Shown: in pieces, positions 58,684-64,000 of the stretch
Layout of the letters: each line of letters starts with the position of its first letter
How positions within the stretch are numbered: position 1 is the first letter of the stretch
NCBI GenBank assembly: GCA_030704615.1
Contig: CM060732.1
Location: 38,750,001 to 38,814,000, forward strand
Origin: Takakia lepidozioides
Taxonomy: Eukaryota; Plantae; Bryophyta
Reading direction: 5' to 3'
DNA length: 64,000 bases
Position numbers and translations under genes: made by a program
Notes under the pieces: generated by a model
Told to the model about the DNA's origin: nothing
Databases searched by the model: none
What the model saw: the letters and a program-made list of their open reading frames with translations, nothing else

Positions 58684-61600
58684 CCTGCACAACTCAAAAC
58701 TCTTTATGACATACCTTCAATCTTAAATGCATGTAACATCAAAGATCCTAGCCACTTCTTTTCATGAGAACAGGCTTTGTGGTAACACAGTTTATGTAGC
58801 TGTTGTAGTCCTCTTTTGCTAATAAACTGAAGAGATCTTAGAGCACCACCACACAATACCAGTTGTTTTCTTGGCATGAACCTCCATGGCTTCCATCTAC
58901 AGTAGATGCATCTCCAGACAGTGCTCGACCTTGTCTCCTGGCAGACAGTTTTGCTTCCACCCAAGGAGGGTTTGACCAACTCTCCATCCAAAGGACCTTC
59001 TTTGTGCATTTGTGTTGGAAGTCTGGTGCTCTTATATTTTTCTGTAAAAACCATGACGGGCAGCTGAGCAGCCGTAGTTTCAAGGAGAGCCTCGCTTCAA
59101 AAAGACCAAGCTCCCACCACCGGAGCTCCCCCAGCATCCATCAAACAAGGGGAACAACCTGGAAGAACCCACTATCATGCCTACCAAAAAAGGACATGCA
59201 ACCTACTAATGTTCTTATAATGGCTTTTGCAATAAAGAGAAACTTTCGGACTGGTCTAATAAGCGACTGGACATAGTCCAGTACATAGCACCCTATTATG
59301 CTAGCTTCAATCAAAAGACCTCCTTGATGAACTCATTCGTGTCCTGGAGGTAGTCTCACCTTCTCAGACCTGTATTCCCACCATCGTGAAGGATCTGAAG
59401 AGAACTTCTGCAACAGCCATTCTGAGCTAACTACTGGACCTGCGAGCAAGAACTGCAAGAACATGAGGACGGAGCCACTTCCAATTGCTTTAACCACTAT
59501 TGCTGTCGAAATAAGATTTCTGCAAGTTGTAGTGACCTCTTTGGCTGCCTCATGTCCCCACTAAATATCCTGAATACCAAAACTTAGGGTGTTGAGAAGA
59601 TATGAAAGGCTCTTGTAATGGACATGACCATACACTCGCAATCCAAAGCCTTGTTTGACCACTCTCTCTGCTTTGCCCACAATCTGCCATCCTACCAGAA
59701 TCTGGACTCACATAGTGAAACTTGAGCGGAGGCCCACTGTCCGTACTGGTCACATACTCTGATGTCCATTCACCACCGGAACATGTTTGTGTAGTGGCAG
59801 CTAGCTGTGCTTTCACCCAAGGGGCACTCATCCAGCTCTCGAGCAAAACAACTTCTGTCGTGCACTTACATCTGAGGTCTGGTAAGCTTGGAGTATTCTG
59901 TAAAAACCACCAGAGTGTGCTGAGCAGCCATTAGCTGTAACCACAGACTCGTTTGACAATGCTAGAACCACCAAAGCTGCACAAGCATCTCTTCAAGCAA
60001 CTCAAGCCCTAGTCCACTGAATAACACGGCGTCATAGCAACTTTACTTGTGGCTCACCAAGTCTATTCATACCACATTGTAATGCCCTTTCCATAGATCC
60101 CCACCTACAACACCCCTTTCATCCTAGGAACTAAGAACGATTGGGTCACGCCATAGATAATCTCACGGTAACTGAGCTGTTGTCCCGCCACGGGAGAGGA
60201 GCTGACATGCACTCCTGCCAAAGCATCCTTACATTTATTGCTTGTCCTGCATGCAAACGCCACCAGAATATGGATCTTTAACAAGCTACTAACTGCCTAA
60301 GTTTTACTGACACTCTTTTCCACATCTCAGTGTGAAGGCAAGTGCGACTCTCAGGATATGTTACATCTGCGGTAACTAGAGGGCTGCATAAACTAAGGAG
60401 CTCAAAATTCTTGCACCTCTAGGAATGTGCGACACACGAGCCATTAAGGTGAGTCATTCCCCACAACAGGATATCCCACAAGGGCATGGCCGATTCGTGA
60501 GTAGCCTGATGCAAGAAAAGAAAAAGAATCGTGCCACAGGTTACCAAATATTTCAGGAATGCTTAAAGGAGGAGGTCGGAAGTGACAATTATGATGAAGT
60601 TCCTCCACACCCATGTATACCATACTGTCAACTTCTTCGACCAAGTAGGGCGAATTATGGTGGTATGGGTACTCGCACCTACCCACACAACTGAGGCACC
60701 CCAAAAACCTCAGAAAAGAGTTTCATGTTCATACCTTTCTCGGGTATCGCTGAAGGCTTTGGAGAAGAAATCTCAATCGCTTGGAACAGTCTCTGACCCG
60801 GACCTGTCAAGGTGGATACCCATTTCCGTTCCACTCCCTCACCTGCTAATTTGCTGCATGATGTGAGGCCTCCCGCCCACTGACCGCCAAGAGAAGACTG
60901 TGTCCTTGGTGAGGCCTCTACCTGCGCACCCATGAGAACCCAAGAGCACGCTGCCATTCCTACATCAGATCCGCAAAGAAGTTCGACTCAATTCGGTTTG
61001 CATGGGCAGAGTGCAGGAGTTGGGTGCACAAATCTTCGTGGGTCTTCTTCTCAAAGCCAACCCCCTGCCCCCCACAGCAAGACAGCTGCTAAGAAAGGTG
61101 AACAGGGATGAAAGCATGAGGTCTTAAACGAAAATCTGACAGCAGGTTGCATTTCTAAAAATACTTGTGGTGGATATGGATGGCGCGCATGGAAGTGCGT
61201 GTAGCAAGGAGAGATAGGGACGACACAAAAACAAAAACAAATTATAGAATTTGACATCAGAGCGGAGGAATCATGTTATCTTGTGAGCATGTGCCTGCAT
61301 GTGACTTTGCCCAGCGATTTGCACTGGCATTGGTCCACATTCAGTGCTCCCACATTGACCGTGATTTTTTCTTCATAAAGAATTGGAGCGGGGAGTGTTT
61401 TTAGAGATGGAGATGGAGGGAGGGCACTGAAAACGGAGGGGGGAGGAGCCTGGTGCACGCCACAGGAAGGGCATGCGCAGATGTAGCGTAGCCCTGTTCT
61501 TCTCTGTGTCTTCGGGTGTAGTTGCCGGAGGGATTATCTGCCAAAAGAGAAAGGGCCTACGGTGGGGACACGGGCCCTCCAGCCAAATTGCCGGCACTTT

Positions 61601-61980
61601 GGTTGTTTTGCAGTGATCACCGGCATTGTTGTGAAGGTGGGTTTGGGCTCTCTGGGGCCGGAGAGGGCGGTTGGGTGAGCCTGCTTCGGCCTTGCCTGTG
61701 CCTGCGTCTTCCTAGATCGGAAGCGTAATAAGGGTAAACAGAGAGGCAGCGTTGGGTGGTTGCTGTGATCCAGGTGTTTACGTCAGTCGATTGCTTTGCA
61801 GGCAAGTGATGGATGGCTTGGGGTAGGATTGCAGAGGACATTTCCTTGGTAGCTTGGGTATGAGATTTGCTCTCAAGTCCAGATCTTCTGGAGGATGAAA
61901 GGTGGTTGTGGTTCTGAGGGGATGGAGCTTTGGTGCAATTGACAGGTTTCGGCAAGGCTGGAGCACAGCTTTTCAGAATC

Positions 61981-62790
61981 ATGATGGCAAGGGTGGGGAG
62001 TGTCAGCCCAGAGGCTTTTAAGCGAGGGGAGCGTTTTTCGAATGGTCTCAGCAGTGTAATAAGAGACAAAGCTTCCGTAGCGAGTACAAGCAGAGTCGAC
62101 AAACTATTGGGGCTGTCGTCTCTGGCCCATAGCACAGTAGGAGATGTGGACGACGTGAAAGAACTTGAGGAGGAGGACGTTTGGGAAACAGAGACACGGG
62201 TGTGGCCTGAGGAAAAGGGTGAGGTCTCTGGTTACATCGGTAGTAGTAGTAGCAGTAGTTACAAAACAGATGGGGGTGACGCCTTCAGGTTCTTCAACAA
62301 TGGGAGGCGCTGGTTGGGGTTGGAGAAGGATCCTGGGCTTTCTGGAGCTTTTGCTGATGGTGGTCGTGCTCGCGGTCTATCTGCTATCTCGCCTCTGAAA
62401 CTTAGTGGATTGGGAAGTCCTTCTAGACAGGTTTCGAGCCGTGAAGGGACTCCCGGCCGCCTTGCCACTCCTTCACGCTTAATTCCTCACCTGGGACAAT
62501 CTGTAGACAACGGGAGGCAAGTCCTGCACCAATCAGCTCCAGTAAACGTACCGGATTGGACGAAAATTCTTGGTGATGAGAAGAAGAGTGGACGGCGCTC
62601 AGATGATCTGCTGGACGAAGACAAGGATGATGATGGGGATGATGCAAGGCTCCCACCCCATGAACTTCTTGCTAGAAGCCAAATTTCTACTTTTTCTGTC
62701 TGTGAAGGTGCCGGGCGCACTCTGAAGGGCAGGGATATAAGTCGTGTGCGCAACGCAGTCCTCAGGCAGACAGGTTTCCTTGATTCCTGA
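61981..62790 (+). CDS. S40-family senescence regulator (DUF584)
   Basis: [27 protein letters not shown] and [29 protein letters not shown]; intronless. Confidence 0.95.
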   Translation: MMARVGSVSPEAFKRGERFSNGLSSVIRDKASVASTSRVDKLLGLSSLAHSTVGDVDDVKELEEEDVWETETRVWPEEKGEVSGYIGSSSSSSYKTDGGDAFRFFNNGRRWLGLEKDPGLSGAFADGGRARGLSAISPLKLSGLGSPSRQVSSREGTPGRLATPSRLIPHLGQSVDNGRQVLHQSAPVNVPDWTKILGDEKKSGRRSDDLLDEDKDDDGDDARLPPHELLARSQISTFSVCEGAGRTLKGRDISRVRNAVLRQTGFLDS

Positions 62791-64000
62791 TAGCATTTAA
62801 ACGGGGTTTCTGGTGTATCAGTAGACTTTAGCGGGACTGGGAAGGTTCAATTTTGTAGTCTTGTTGTGTTGGCAGATCCTGATCAAGCAGCTAGTTCTCC
62901 AGTCAGCTTTATTGTCGGTTGCTAGGCCAGGCTGAAAATCATCAGACTGGAAGTGTGTGACTGTGTTGATCTGTAAATGAACATGTCTTGTTGATCACTT
63001 TTACAGGTACAAAGATGTAAAGTTGACAATATGTGTCTGGTCCTGTACAATCGTCATTAGAAGTACGTCATAGCTGCAAGGAGCTGTGGTCAGATACTTC
63101 TGCTCTGATAGTTAGCTCGAAAGCACCCTGCCTGCAGCCCTCCTGATATCTGTGGGGCATAGAGGCCATTTTGTCTTGTCACAAAAGTGATTTTCTTTCT
63201 GGAATCAGAATGAATACATTGTTTGTCTCCTTGTTTATGCTGCACTCACACGAGTTTCATTTGTGTGGCAAATCTACCTGGAACTTTGAGATGCCTGCTT
63301 CCTTGAGCATGTTTTGCACTCACTGGCCCCTAAAACAAACCTCCTTCACCAGCCCTCAATGTATCTTGCAACCCAGTCCTCCTTTCATCAATTTGATCAC
63401 TCTCTGCTTTTATCTATCCAGTGGAGGTCGATTCTGAATCATGACAAGAACCTGTTGGCTTATTGCTATGGAATCCAAGATGTGTTACCAAGGTTGCCTG
63501 CTTGTGTATATTTCAAGGTCTCTGTGTAGTGCGTATTTGATGTGTGCTCCAACAAAGAAGCAAGAAGCTAGTTCAGTAGTTCGGTCGAAATTACAGACAT
63601 CATATGTCCTCATCCTTCAGATTACTCCCTCAAGTGCTCAGTTTAAAGTGGTGTAACTTGTATCCAACGTTTTGCTTGGTATCTCCTAACCCCTCCCCTC
63701 CGGCAATCATCCTTCTGTCCCTCTGGGGCAGTTTCTTCCAATTCATCTCAGATACTACTAAACCCTATCATTTTTATCTGATAGTATTACAAGTGCCCAT
63801 CTCAGTCATGTTACAGAATTGTCATGTTCATCGCTTGATGAAGCATATCTCAGCTCCATGCTTTCATATACCTGATAAGTTCTGTCTCTCTGGTGGTCAA
63901 TCTCTGTAACGTTGGCTGTCTCTCTGCTTGGAATTGTACCTCTTTTTTTGGCAACTGCTCTGTAGTGTTTTCCATTATGCAAAAATTTGTGTTTTTTGGT

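Noticed and set aside
61473-61616. uORF upstream of the S40 gene
   Set aside because: An open ~47-codon frame exists, but the transcript start is unknown and conservation cannot be assessed.

Overview
Eukaryotic land-plant nuclear DNA: GT-AG introns, PLS-class PPR genes and LTR/LINE/DNA transposon remnants. The gene content fits a seed-free plant such as a bryophyte or lycophyte, but the species cannot be determined from the sequence. Host genes: a 4-exon alpha-tubulin, three long intronless PLS-PPR ORFs plus a fourth PPR pseudogene, an 8-exon organellar threonyl-tRNA synthetase, an intronless N-acylation-motif CAMK-group kinase and an S40/DUF584 senescence regulator. The centre (about 26-51 kb) is a nested TE block. 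It holds an RLE-type LINE remnant, two Copia remnants (one LTR carrying a tRNA-like Pol III cassette), an SDR pseudogene and a chromoviral Ty3/Gypsy. It also holds a >13 kb Mutator-like complex: a GCM-like/DDE/SWIM transposase, a divergent Ulp1-protease gene whose putative intron contains an array of ~115-bp units each with an 18-bp-stem GNRA hairpin, and a second SWIM-MULE fragment. A 500-N gap and a CACTA right end lie in or next to that complex. The most notable observations are: (i) all four PPR loci have lost their DYW deaminase domain by different routes, one by in-place inversion, while three PPR tracts remain open; (ii) the hairpin-array/Ulp1/MULE complex, with a pervasive CAGACTG motif reminiscent of VANDAL anti-silencing targets; (iii) the tRNA-bearing Copia LTR. 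All comparisons were made by eye, and TE boundaries are approximate.
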